Part shown: piece after piece, positions 38,742-47,612 of the stretch
Position numbering within the stretch: the first letter of the stretch is position 1
Layout: the number at the start of each line of letters is the position of its first letter
The notes under the pieces: model-generated
The model's database searches: none
What the model was told of the DNA's origin: nothing
Seen by the model: only the letters and a program-made list of their open reading frames with translations
Assembly: GCA_021735655.1 (NCBI GenBank)
Contig: JAIPGM010000003.1
Span: 214,836 to 278,835, forward strand
Direction of reading: 5' to 3'
Source of the DNA: Candidatus Omnitrophota bacterium
GTDB lineage: Bacteria > Omnitrophota > Gorgyraeia > Duberdicusellales > 4484-171
Length of the DNA stretch: 64,000 nt
Position numbers and translations under genes: made by a program

Positions 38742-38927
38742 ATGATAAAGAGAAAGGCAGTTCCTCGGTTGATGAGTGTTGATGAGTTGGCAGATTATTT
38801 AGGTCTGCAGAAGCAGACTATTTATAATTGGCTACACTTAAAGAAGATTACCGGAATAAAAATCGGTAAAGTTTGGCGTTTTGATCGTAAGTATATTGAT
38901 CAGTGGCTGAAAAAGTGTAGTGAGTGA
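38742..38927 (+). CDS. Excisionase-family helix-turn-helix DNA-binding protein (HTH_17-like)
   Basis: 61 aa; ...LMSVDELADYLGLQKQTIYNWLHLKKITGIKIGKVWRFDRKYIDQWL... matches the MerR-like excisionase/Xis HTH pattern (hydrophobic-xxEhAxhLGhSxxThYxW...G.hPxxKhGxxWRF). Confidence 0.65.
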   Translation: MIKRKAVPRLMSVDELADYLGLQKQTIYNWLHLKKITGIKIGKVWRFDRKYIDQWLKKCSE

Positions 38928-38933
38928 TAAGTT

Positions 38934-40421
38934 ATGGCTAAAACAGTAGGATTATATTTGGGTGTAGATACTTTAGGGGTAGCAGTAGTCAGCGGCCGCA
39001 ATCTCGTTAATTTTAATCAGTTTAACCTTTCTGTTGCCGAAGAGTCTAAACAGGGAGTGGTAAATGAGGATGTCCGCTTAGAAGCTTCAATTAATAAAGC
39101 ACTCAGAGAAGCGGGTGTTGTTAGTGAGAGCATATACCTTTCTTTAGCTGATCGAGATTTTATTTTTCGTTCTCTTGAAATGCCACTCATGCGTAAGGGC
39201 GAGATTGAGTCATCTTTGGTTTATGAAGTTGAGAAGTATATACCTTTTAAGATGACTGAGTTGGAGTGGACCTACGCCAGCGTGCGTTCAGCCAAAGAGA
39301 AAAAGATGAATATATCTTTTGTCGGCATCCGGGACAAAAATCTAGGGCGGATTAGAGATATCTTGGGTCGTTTGGATCTTGGTATTATTTTTATTGAGCC
39401 ATCTTCTTTATCTCTATTTAGGGCACTTAAGACCTTGAAGCGGTTCTCAAAAATAAAGGATTTTGCCCTTTTGGACATTACAAAGACCGAATCCCATCTT
39501 ACTTTTTTCCAGGATGAACTTCCGGTATTCAACCGTTATCTTACTATTCCTAAGAAGGAAGACTCTTTTGACACCGGTAAATTTTCCGAATCAGTAGATT
39601 TTTCTTTTCAGTACTTTAAACGTGAATTTCGTTCTTATAAACTTGATAAGTTTATCTTGGTCAGTGACATTGAGAGTAAAGAGTTAGCTTCTAGCCTTGA
39701 AGAAGGGCTACAGGTTTCAGTTGAGGCTGTTTCTTCTTCTGATATAGCCAATCGTAATGATGCCAGCGTTGAAAGCATGAAGGCTTTCGGGGCAGCAGTT
39801 CAAGATCAATTCCCTTCAGTTTTTAAATCAAGCTTCAGGAAGACCCAGATTTCTAAAGAAGGAGAGATGATTGAGATTGGCGTTGATGCTCCCGACTTAA
39901 GGATAGGTTTAATCGGAGCTCTTTTAGGTATAGGTTTGGTAGCTGCTTTTTTTACTTCTATTATTATGGGCAATGAGGTTGTTGAAAAGAAAGCTTATGT
40001 AAATAGGCAAAGAGAGGAAGTTGTTGTTCCTAAAGGGCTTGAAAACTTTTCTTGGGATCAGTATCCGGAGGTTGTTAAGGATCTAGAGAAAAAGACCAAA
40101 GAGTTAAAAGATTCTCAAGAGTCATTTAGTAATCTTGCTAATATTTTTGAAGCTTTAAGTAGCCGCAGGGTTTTACCGGAAGGGTTGTGGCTTGAGAATT
40201 TTAGAATTACTCGTCAGAAGGGAACTAGTAATGGAAAGGTAACCGGATATCTGTTTCGTGACGACGATCAAGATGAGCGTTCGGGCTTAGATGATTTTGT
40301 TTCCAGGCTTAAGGCCGAGCCCTCATTACAACAAGCTTTTCCGACCATTGAAATTGATTTTTCTAAGCGACAAACTAAAAAGGAATTTGAAGTTACCTAT
40401 TTTTCTATAACTTTAAAGTAA
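38934..40421 (+). CDS. PilM-PilN fusion protein (actin-like ATPase-fold domain plus TM helix plus periplasmic PilN-like domain)
   Basis: 495 aa, about 150 aa longer than PilM; N-terminus MAKTVGLYLGVDTLGVAVVSG... (actin-like fold); single TM at ~residues 305-330 (RIGLIGALLGIGLVAAFFTSIIMG) followed by a coiled-coil/periplasmic region; first gene of the pilMNOPQ-like block. Confidence 0.55.
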   Translation: MAKTVGLYLGVDTLGVAVVSGRNLVNFNQFNLSVAEESKQGVVNEDVRLEASINKALREAGVVSESIYLSLADRDFIFRSLEMPLMRKGEIESSLVYEVEKYIPFKMTELEWTYASVRSAKEKKMNISFVGIRDKNLGRIRDILGRLDLGIIFIEPSSLSLFRALKTLKRFSKIKDFALLDITKTESHLTFFQDELPVFNRYLTIPKKEDSFDTGKFSESVDFSFQYFKREFRSYKLDKFILVSDIESKELASSLEEGLQVSVEAVSSSDIANRNDASVESMKAFGAAVQDQFPSVFKSSFRKTQISKEGEMIEIGVDAPDLRIGLIGALLGIGLVAAFFTSIIMGNEVVEKKAYVNRQREEVVVPKGLENFSWDQYPEVVKDLEKKTKELKDSQESFSNLANIFEALSSRRVLPEGLWLENFRITRQKGTSNGKVTGYLFRDDDQDERSGLDDFVSRLKAEPSLQQAFPTIEIDFSKRQTKKEFEVTYFSITLK

Positions 40422-40422
40422 A

Positions 40423-40902
40423 ATGAAAGAATTAGCGCGTTATAAAAATATTGTTGTTAGTTTGTTTATTGTACTTATCGTTGCAATATCGCTACGCAGT
40501 ATTTACTCTAACTATTCTCTAAAGCTCAAAAAATTATCAGAAGAGGAAGTACAGATAAAAGAGGCTAAGGATATTATATTTGAATGGATAAACCTTAACA
40601 GTAAACTTGAACAGCTTAGAAGCCAGTTTTTGGAAAAAGACACAATTCTTTTTAAGAAGCTTGTTGAAGAAAAAGCAAGGCTGGCTAAGATTGATCTTCC
40701 TTCCTTGCGACTTTCGCGTATTGATAAAGATTCTTATTGGGAGGTTAGGGTAAGGCTTAACACCACTTGTCCTTATAGTAATTTTGTAGAGTTTGTTGAT
40801 TCCCTCGCTGATAAAAATATAGAGGTAGTTACCGCAAGCTTGAGTGGTGATAGAGAAAAAGTAGCGGTTGATGCTGAGATAAAGGGGGTTGTTCTTAAAT
40901 GA
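40423..40902 (+). CDS. PilO-like inner-membrane pilus assembly protein
   Basis: 159 aa; N-terminal TM (IVVSLFIVLIVAISL), coiled coil, C-terminal alpha/beta domain; position after PilMN. Confidence 0.45.
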   Translation: MKELARYKNIVVSLFIVLIVAISLRSIYSNYSLKLKKLSEEEVQIKEAKDIIFEWINLNSKLEQLRSQFLEKDTILFKKLVEEKARLAKIDLPSLRLSRIDKDSYWEVRVRLNTTCPYSNFVEFVDSLADKNIEVVTASLSGDREKVAVDAEIKGVVLK

Positions 40903-41237
40903 GGCTTATAAAAGTGGCTTTTCTTTTATTGTTTTTGCTTTTGCCGATACTGCTTTATTCAGCTGAAAGCTATCGAAATCCTTTTGAATCATTACTTCCT
41001 AAGGAAGAGGTTGCCGGAGAGGCAGGGGTTCAAGAAGTTGTCAAGCCTTTAACGATCGTTGTTCAGGGGGTTTTGTGGGGAAGCTTAATGCCACAGACGA
41101 TTATCGACGGTGAGGTTTATAAAGTTGGTGATCAACTTAAGAGCCTTGAGAATGCTTCAGTACTTCGGATTACCAAGAATGTAGTTTTCATAGTTCATGG
41201 CGATAAGATTCATAAGATGATGGTTACTAAAAAATAA
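40899..41237 (+). CDS. PilP-like pilus assembly protein
   Basis: 112 aa; signal peptide; conserved YRNPF motif (the R-D/N-P-F motif of PilP) followed by a beta-rich C-terminus; lies between the pilO-like gene and the secretin. Confidence 0.45.
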   Translation: MRLIKVAFLLLFLLLPILLYSAESYRNPFESLLPKEEVAGEAGVQEVVKPLTIVVQGVLWGSLMPQTIIDGEVYKVGDQLKSLENASVLRITKNVVFIVHGDKIHKMMVTKK

Positions 41238-41286
41238 TTATGATATCTAAGAATTTAATATTTTTTTGGTTATTAAGGGGGGCAAT

Positions 41287-42777
41287 ATGAAGAAAATTTT
41301 TGCTTTGATTTTAGCGGTAGTATTTATTATTTCCGGTAGCGGGTTTTCCCAGGATGATATCTATGGAGGGTATTTGCTTGGTACCTTTGACAAGCGGGTT
41401 TCACTTGACCTTGAGGAAGCCCAGCTGGTAGATGTTTTGAAAATGCTTTCTCAGCAAACTGGTCTCAACTTTGTATCCACTGAGGCGGTACAGGAGAGAA
41501 AGCTAACCCTCTATTTTGATGAAGTTCCTTTGCGAGAAGCAATGGACGTTGTTTTTAAGGCCAATAAACTTAGTTATGATTATTATCCGGATTCTAATAT
41601 TTTTGTAGTAAAGGAGATGGGTAAACCAAGCTTAGAGTTAATTAGTAAAGTTTATCGTTTAAACTATGTACGAGTAAAAACCGCTCGAATGCAGAAAGAG
41701 ATAGAGGATATTATTGAAGATTCTGAGAGCGGTGAAGAAGATGGCGGAGAAACAGAAGCCGGAGGCATTCGACAGGCTGTTGAAGCAGTATTGAGTGAAT
41801 TTGGCAAAGTGACCGAAGATCCGATAACTAACTCTTTAATCGTAGTTGATGTTCCGTCCCAATTTCCGATTATTGATGAAGTGGTGAGCAGGTTGGATCT
41901 TGCTATACCGCGGGTTATGATCGAAGTAGAAATGCTAGATGTTTCTAAGACTCACCTTGATAAATTAGGGTTTAACTATGCTAATGGTTTATACGGGGCT
42001 GTTGGAGCCGGCGCTCGTTCAAGTGAAGTACCTTTTGGAGCCAAATTTTTAAAAGGAACACAAGTAGTCCAAACTACAGCCGGAGGATTAGCTCCGCCGG
42101 TTTTAAGTATACTGGACTTAACCGGTTTTACCTCAGTAATGCAGTTTTTGACCGAGGACACTTCGACTAAGTTTATCGCTCGGCCAAAAATACTTACTAT
42201 TTCTAATGAAACAGCTGAAGTTAACTTAACGGTAAATGAAGCTATCGGTGTTACTACTACCCAAGATACTTCTGGCGGAGGTTCAATTACTCAGAATGTT
42301 GAACGTGAGGAAACTGGGACTAAGCTTCGGGTTACTCCTCAGGTTAATCCTAATACTCAGGAAATTACTTTAATGGTTGAGATGTTTAATCGTGAATCTA
42401 CTGATAGTGGTATAACCGTTACCGGTATATCAGGCGGCGAAGTGAAGAACGTTGAAGAAAGAGGTACGAAAAGTGTAATTCGCTTGAAAGATAGCGAAAC
42501 TCTTTATATTGGTGGTTTAATCCGCAAGGAAGAAAAAGAAATCATACGTAAGATTCCTCTTTTGGGCGATATTCCATTTTTGGGAAAAATGTTCAGTTAC
42601 ACCGAACGTCCAGGCGCCGATAATCAAGAGCGGGAATTGCTGGTATTTTTAACCCCGCGAATCGTCGAAGACGGAACAATGATACAGGCTAAGAGAATCA
42701 AGGTTTTACCTCGTGAGCAAGCTGATGTAACTAAGAGAGATTCAGTAACAGTAGCCTTAGATAGTTTTGTTAGATAG
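41287..42777 (+). CDS. pilQ: PilQ/GspD-family secretin
   Basis: Signal peptide MKKIFALILAVVFIISGSGFS; N-terminal secretin-N-type domain; C-terminal secretin core ...YIGGLIRKEEKEIIRKIPLLGDIPFLGKMFSYTERPGADNQERELLVFLTPRIV... Confidence 0.8.
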   Translation: MKKIFALILAVVFIISGSGFSQDDIYGGYLLGTFDKRVSLDLEEAQLVDVLKMLSQQTGLNFVSTEAVQERKLTLYFDEVPLREAMDVVFKANKLSYDYYPDSNIFVVKEMGKPSLELISKVYRLNYVRVKTARMQKEIEDIIEDSESGEEDGGETEAGGIRQAVEAVLSEFGKVTEDPITNSLIVVDVPSQFPIIDEVVSRLDLAIPRVMIEVEMLDVSKTHLDKLGFNYANGLYGAVGAGARSSEVPFGAKFLKGTQVVQTTAGGLAPPVLSILDLTGFTSVMQFLTEDTSTKFIARPKILTISNETAEVNLTVNEAIGVTTTQDTSGGGSITQNVEREETGTKLRVTPQVNPNTQEITLMVEMFNRESTDSGITVTGISGGEVKNVEERGTKSVIRLKDSETLYIGGLIRKEEKEIIRKIPLLGDIPFLGKMFSYTERPGADNQERELLVFLTPRIVEDGTMIQAKRIKVLPREQADVTKRDSVTVALDSFVR

Positions 42778-42877
42778 AATAATCAGAGAACAGAAGGCAG
42801 GATTAAAAAGGCCAGAGACAATAATTCTGACCTGAAAAGGCTGGCTTCTGTTTTCTATTTTTAATGGTAGGATCAGA

Positions 42878-44587
42878 ATGGCACGTTATAAAAAATTAGG
42901 CGACATTTTAATTTCTGAAAGTATCATTGCCGAGAAGCAGCTTAAGGAAGCCATCTTACTACAGGAAAAAGAAGGTGGTAAGCTTGGCGAGGTGATGATA
43001 CGCTTAGGCTATGTAAATGAAGAGCAGATCGTCATAGCTTTAAGTAAGCAGCTTTCAATTCCTTATGTTTCTTTGGCTTCAGGAAGATTAAAACCAAATT
43101 CAGAACAAAACTTAGAAGAACTTATTCCTCAAGATTTTGCCGTAAAAAATATTGTCTTGCCGCTTTCACGTAGCCTTAACTCGTTAACTATAGTAATGTT
43201 TGATCCTTTAGATTTGATTCTTTTGGATAATTTAAAAAAAATAACCAGTTGTGAAATAAACGTAGTAGTCTCAACTCGTACTGATATTTTGAAAGCCCTT
43301 GAGTCTTTTTATGGTCGGGATAAAATATTTCGTGATGCTATTCAAATAGCTGGTTCTGAAGAAAAAGCCGCGATCAAAGAACTTGCTTCTGAGGAAACTG
43401 ATCTAAGCTTAGATAAACTTATTGCTCAGGCTGAGGAAGCTCCGGTTGTTAAGTTGGTAGATCTTTTGATTCGCCAGGCAATTGAGGAGAATGCTTCTGA
43501 TATTCATCTTGAGCCACATTATGATAAGCTAAGCCTACGTTACCGTATCGACGGAGTGTTGTTTGATATGCCTTCGCCAGCAGCTGGACTGTACTTACCG
43601 ATAATTTCTCGGGTCAAGATCCTTTCTAAAATGGACATAGCCGAAAAACGCCTCCCTCAAGATGGGGGCTTTATGGTAAAAGTGTCAAAACGTCTTATTG
43701 ATTTGCGAGTTTCAACTCTTCCGACTATTTATGGCGAAAAGGTAGTATTGAGAATTCTTGATAAGTCTCGGGTACCATTAGACTTAGCAAAGTTAGGGTT
43801 TTTACCCCAGGAACTTGAGTTGATCCGAAAAGGAATTAATACTTCTTATGGCCTAGTTTTTCTTACCGGACCCACTGGAAGTGGAAAATCAACCACTCTC
43901 TATGCAGCTTTAAACGAAATTAAAGCTTCAACTAGAAATATTCTTACTGTAGAAGACCCGGTGGAATATCGTATTGAAGGAATAAACCAGGTTCAAGTGA
44001 AGCCAGAGATTGGCCTTACTTTTGCCAATGCGCTTCGTTGTTTCTTAAGACAGGATCCGGATATAATTTTAGTCGGAGAGGTAAGAGATTTAGAAACTGC
44101 TGAGATGACGATCCGAGCGGCCTTAACTGGCCATTTGGTCTTTTCAACGCTTCACACTAATGACGCTGCTTCTACAGTTACTCGGCTTGTCGACATTGGC
44201 ATACCTAGTTACTTGGTAACTGCCTCTACCAGACTAATTGTTGCCCAGCGCCTAGTACGCAAGCTTTGTCCTTCTTGCAAGGAGCCCTATGAGGTGAGAA
44301 AAGAAAGTATCCCTGATGGAGTAACTATCAGTTCTCCGGTCATTTATAAAGCTAAAGGGTGTGAAAAGTGTAATTTTATTGGTTATAAGTCTAGATCAGT
44401 TATTACTGAAATTATTTTAGTTACTGAAGAGGTACGCTTGGCAATACATCGAGGAGCTGAACCAGGAGAGATTATGAAGATTGCCAAGAAGACTGGTTCA
44501 CTGAGTCTTTTGGAGAGTGGTTTAAAGAGAGTGGAGGAAGGGATAACTTCTCTAGAGGAAATTTTATCGGTAGCGGTAGTTTACTAA
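42878..44587 (+). CDS. pilB: Type IV pilus / T2SS assembly ATPase (PilB/GspE family)
   Basis: N1 domain; Walker A GPTGSGKSTT; Asp box, His box, tetracysteine zinc motif CPSCKEP...CEKC; 569 aa. Confidence 0.9.
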   Translation: MARYKKLGDILISESIIAEKQLKEAILLQEKEGGKLGEVMIRLGYVNEEQIVIALSKQLSIPYVSLASGRLKPNSEQNLEELIPQDFAVKNIVLPLSRSLNSLTIVMFDPLDLILLDNLKKITSCEINVVVSTRTDILKALESFYGRDKIFRDAIQIAGSEEKAAIKELASEETDLSLDKLIAQAEEAPVVKLVDLLIRQAIEENASDIHLEPHYDKLSLRYRIDGVLFDMPSPAAGLYLPIISRVKILSKMDIAEKRLPQDGGFMVKVSKRLIDLRVSTLPTIYGEKVVLRILDKSRVPLDLAKLGFLPQELELIRKGINTSYGLVFLTGPTGSGKSTTLYAALNEIKASTRNILTVEDPVEYRIEGINQVQVKPEIGLTFANALRCFLRQDPDIILVGEVRDLETAEMTIRAALTGHLVFSTLHTNDAASTVTRLVDIGIPSYLVTASTRLIVAQRLVRKLCPSCKEPYEVRKESIPDGVTISSPVIYKAKGCEKCNFIGYKSRSVITEIILVTEEVRLAIHRGAEPGEIMKIAKKTGSLSLLESGLKRVEEGITSLEEILSVAVVY

Positions 44588-44604
44588 GATAAACTTTAAA
44601 ACAT

Positions 44605-45828
44605 ATGCCTAAATTTAATTATCTGGCAAAATCAAAGGATGGAAAGACTTTTAAGGGCGTAACTCATGCTCTTACCAGTTCGGAGCTAGTAGAGCGTCTA
44701 AAAGGCAAGGGTCTTTTTGTCATTTCGATATCTCCGCTAAAAGAAAAAGCTCATAGATCTCCGGTGGGCGGCTTGGTTCGTCGAGGTAAACGTTCAGGCG
44801 TAAAACTTATCGATTTAACTTTTTTTGCTAGGAATTTAGCAACTACCCTTTCAGCTGGCGTAACCCTTTTACGTAGTTTGGAAATCATTGCCCATCAGAG
44901 CGAGAGTTTAAAGTTGGAGAAAGTATTACGCAAATGCTGCGAGTATGTAAAAAGCGGTCTTTCTTTCAGTGAGGCGATTTCTAAACATCCAACTGTATTT
45001 TCGCCTCTTTGGCGGGGGATCGTTCATGTTGGGGAAACTTCAGGAAATTTACCTTTTGTTTTAGAAAAACTTGCTGACTATTTAGAGTTACGAATGGAAT
45101 TTGAGCGAAAGGTTAAAAGCGCCTTAGTTTATCCGGTAATTTTGATGGTTGCTGCCGGTTTGGCAGTTGTAATTTTTTTAAAGTTTATTCTTCCTAAATT
45201 TATAAAGATTTTTGAGCAGTTTGATATAGAGCTTCCGCTTCCTACCCGGATAATTTTTGCACTTAGTCGATTCTTTTCTGAGCACTTTCTCATGGTTGTT
45301 GTAATTCTGGTGGGTTTAATTGTTTTATTTTTTATGATTAAAGATCGAGTTGCTGTGCGCCGCTGGTGGGATCGAGCTTGTTTTAAGATCCCGCTTTTTG
45401 GGACGGTAATGATTACTTTTTATCTTGAACGACTTACTTCAACCCTTTACATCCTTCTTGATAGCGGCATACCGGTAGTCTATGGTTTGGAGATTACCGC
45501 CGAAAGCATTGGTAATACCTTGCTTAGGGATAGTATTATGTTTGTTAAGGAGAGAGTAAAAGAGGGTGCTTCTTTATCTGAGGAGTTAAAGAATGCAAAT
45601 GTTTTTCCGCTCTTGGTTTCTGAAATGACTAAAATTGGTGAGGAAACCGGAACGATTTCTGAAGTTTTTAACAAAGTTTCGTTGCATTATCGTAAAGAAC
45701 TTACTACCCGGGTTGAGAGAATCATTGCTGCTTTTGAGCCTTTAATGATTATTTTTATGGGAGTTATTATCGGTGGCCTAGTTATTTCGCTGTTTTTACC
45801 TTTATTTAAGCTGACTAGCATTCAATAG
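44605..45828 (+). CDS. pilC: Type IV pilus / T2SS inner-membrane platform protein (PilC/GspF family)
   Basis: Two tandem GspF domains, three TM segments; 407 aa. Confidence 0.85.
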   Translation: MPKFNYLAKSKDGKTFKGVTHALTSSELVERLKGKGLFVISISPLKEKAHRSPVGGLVRRGKRSGVKLIDLTFFARNLATTLSAGVTLLRSLEIIAHQSESLKLEKVLRKCCEYVKSGLSFSEAISKHPTVFSPLWRGIVHVGETSGNLPFVLEKLADYLELRMEFERKVKSALVYPVILMVAAGLAVVIFLKFILPKFIKIFEQFDIELPLPTRIIFALSRFFSEHFLMVVVILVGLIVLFFMIKDRVAVRRWWDRACFKIPLFGTVMITFYLERLTSTLYILLDSGIPVVYGLEITAESIGNTLLRDSIMFVKERVKEGASLSEELKNANVFPLLVSEMTKIGEETGTISEVFNKVSLHYRKELTTRVERIIAAFEPLMIIFMGVIIGGLVISLFLPLFKLTSIQ

Positions 45829-45942
45829 CGCCTAACAAAGGTTAGGTTTTGACAGTGGCTGATAGATGTGGTATAAAAGGAATAAAGGATATAATTATTA
45901 ATCCGTCCTAATGGTTGGGACTTATTGAAAGGAGGTTTCAAG

Positions 45943-46338
45943 ATGAGAAAAGGGTTTACGCTTCTAGAACTATTGATTGTAGTAATTGTTATTGGAATTC
46001 TAGCTGGAGTAGCTATTCCTCAGTATCTTGCAGTAGTTGAAAGAGGCAAGGTGGCTGCCGCAAAAAATAACCTTGCTATCGCTGCTCAGGCCGAGAAAAT
46101 GTATCGTACCGAGCATACCGCTTATACAGGAAATTTTAGCGATCTCGACAATTGGACTGAAGGTATATCTGATGCTATAGCTGCCCATGCTGCTGATTGG
46201 AACTATTCAATTGCTGATGCAGCAGATACTTTTACTATTACAGCCACAAGAGTTGGCGCAGCTGGCTCCAAGCACGGAGGTAAAACAGTCACAATTAACG
46301 AAACTAATCATGTTGGTGGGGACCACGATTTTCACTAA
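45943..46338 (+). CDS. Type IV pilin (likely major pilin), Gly at -1
   Basis: MRKG|FTLLELLIVVIVIGILAGVAIPQYLAVVERGKVAAAKNNL...; 131 aa from this start (ORF track begins 6 codons earlier at 45925). Confidence 0.75.
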   Translation: MRKGFTLLELLIVVIVIGILAGVAIPQYLAVVERGKVAAAKNNLAIAAQAEKMYRTEHTAYTGNFSDLDNWTEGISDAIAAHAADWNYSIADAADTFTITATRVGAAGSKHGGKTVTINETNHVGGDHDFH

Positions 46339-46391
46339 ACTAGTTTTGCAGTAAGGATAGCTAACTGTTTTTTCCAAGGGTTTTAAATACT

Positions 46392-46811
46392 ATGTTGTCT
46401 AGACCAAGTTTTAGCCTAATTGAGCTTATTACAGTTATAATTGTAATAAGTTTGTTAGTTCTTTTGGCTTTTCCGACTTACCTGAGCGTTCAAAGAAGAA
46501 TTCTTGACCGCGAGGCCGGAACCCATCTAACACTTATTCAGGCTGCTGAGAAATCCTATCGTATCGAAGAGCGTGCTTACGTGGATACGGCAAATACTAC
46601 CAACACCAATGAACTTCTAGGCCTTGATTTATCACCGACTGGTCACTGGAGTTATTCAGTGCCAACTGGTTTTGTTAACAATGCTTCGAATCCACCAACT
46701 TTTTGCGCTGAAGCAACCAGCGGAGGTGAAGCTTGGCATATTGATCAGGACGATCATGAAGCAGCTGATTGTGATTGCGCTCTTACTGCTGCTACTTGTA
46801 CTGGGCGTTAA
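46392..46811 (+). CDS. Type IV pilin-like protein, Ser at -1
   Basis: MLSRPS|FSLIELITVIIVISLLVLLAFPTY...; C-terminal Cys pair (CDC...C); 139 aa. Confidence 0.7.
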   Translation: MLSRPSFSLIELITVIIVISLLVLLAFPTYLSVQRRILDREAGTHLTLIQAAEKSYRIEERAYVDTANTTNTNELLGLDLSPTGHWSYSVPTGFVNNASNPPTFCAEATSGGEAWHIDQDDHEAADCDCALTAATCTGR

Positions 46812-46828
46812 ATTTAACAGTTAATTAG

Positions 46829-46867
46829 AGGCACATTCTGTTTTAAAATAGAATGTGCCTTTTTTTA
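46829..46867 (+). terminator. Rho-independent terminator closing the pilus operon
   Basis: Perfect 11-bp stem aggcacattct / agaatgtgcct with a 10-nt loop, followed by TTTTTTT (46861-46867). Confidence 0.75.
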
Positions 46868-46910
46868 TTTAGTTGCCGATCAGCGAAGTTTTGATATAAT
46901 CTAGTTAATA

Positions 46911-47594
46911 ATGATTAAGTTTATTTTATCTTTAGTTTTAACTTTGTTTTTAGCCATTAGCTCTGCCTTTTCAGCTCCTTGTTATGGAACAAAGATGCCA
47001 CAGGCTAATCAGTATTTTTCAGGATTTCAAACCCACCTTTTACTTGAGCGGGATTTAGAAGCTGAATATGGAAGTTTGCGTTCTGCTCAGAATTTTTTGG
47101 GATTTTCCTACGGTTTTTTTGATTGGCTGACTATTGATTTAAAGATTGGAGTCGGCAACCTTAAACAGCATCCGGTTGATAGCGATGAGGTTGACTATAA
47201 TTCATCTTTTGCCGGTGGCTACGGAGTTCGTTTTAAGCTTTATGATAATCAGAAAAAGAGGCTAGTTTTTGGTTTTCATCATATTAGTGTTCATCCTTAC
47301 TCTATTGATCTTGATGGCATAGAGAATAGATCTATCTTGGATGATTGGCAGGTATCAATGTTAGCTTCATATAGTTTTTCTAAGGTTACCCCTTATTTGG
47401 GTACAAAATGGTCGAGAGTTGATTATATTCACTGGGTAGATGATCAGCGCAAGCGACGTATGTCAGATTTAACTAAAGGTGTTGGTTTAGTTTTAGGTTT
47501 GGATATACCTTTGAGCGATCGAACTTGGCTTAACCTTGAAGGCCAGCTTTTCGACGGTAAAGCTTTAGCCAGCAGTTTAAATATTTCTTTTTAA
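46911..47594 (+). CDS. Putative outer-membrane beta-barrel protein
   Basis: Signal peptide MIKFILSLVLTLFLAISSAFSAP; alternating amphipathic beta pattern; C-terminal ...LNISF (terminal Phe, OMP signature); 227 aa. Confidence 0.45.
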   Translation: MIKFILSLVLTLFLAISSAFSAPCYGTKMPQANQYFSGFQTHLLLERDLEAEYGSLRSAQNFLGFSYGFFDWLTIDLKIGVGNLKQHPVDSDEVDYNSSFAGGYGVRFKLYDNQKKRLVFGFHHISVHPYSIDLDGIENRSILDDWQVSMLASYSFSKVTPYLGTKWSRVDYIHWVDDQRKRRMSDLTKGVGLVLGLDIPLSDRTWLNLEGQLFDGKALASSLNISF

Positions 47595-47612
47595 TTATCA
47601 CCCCCCGGATCA

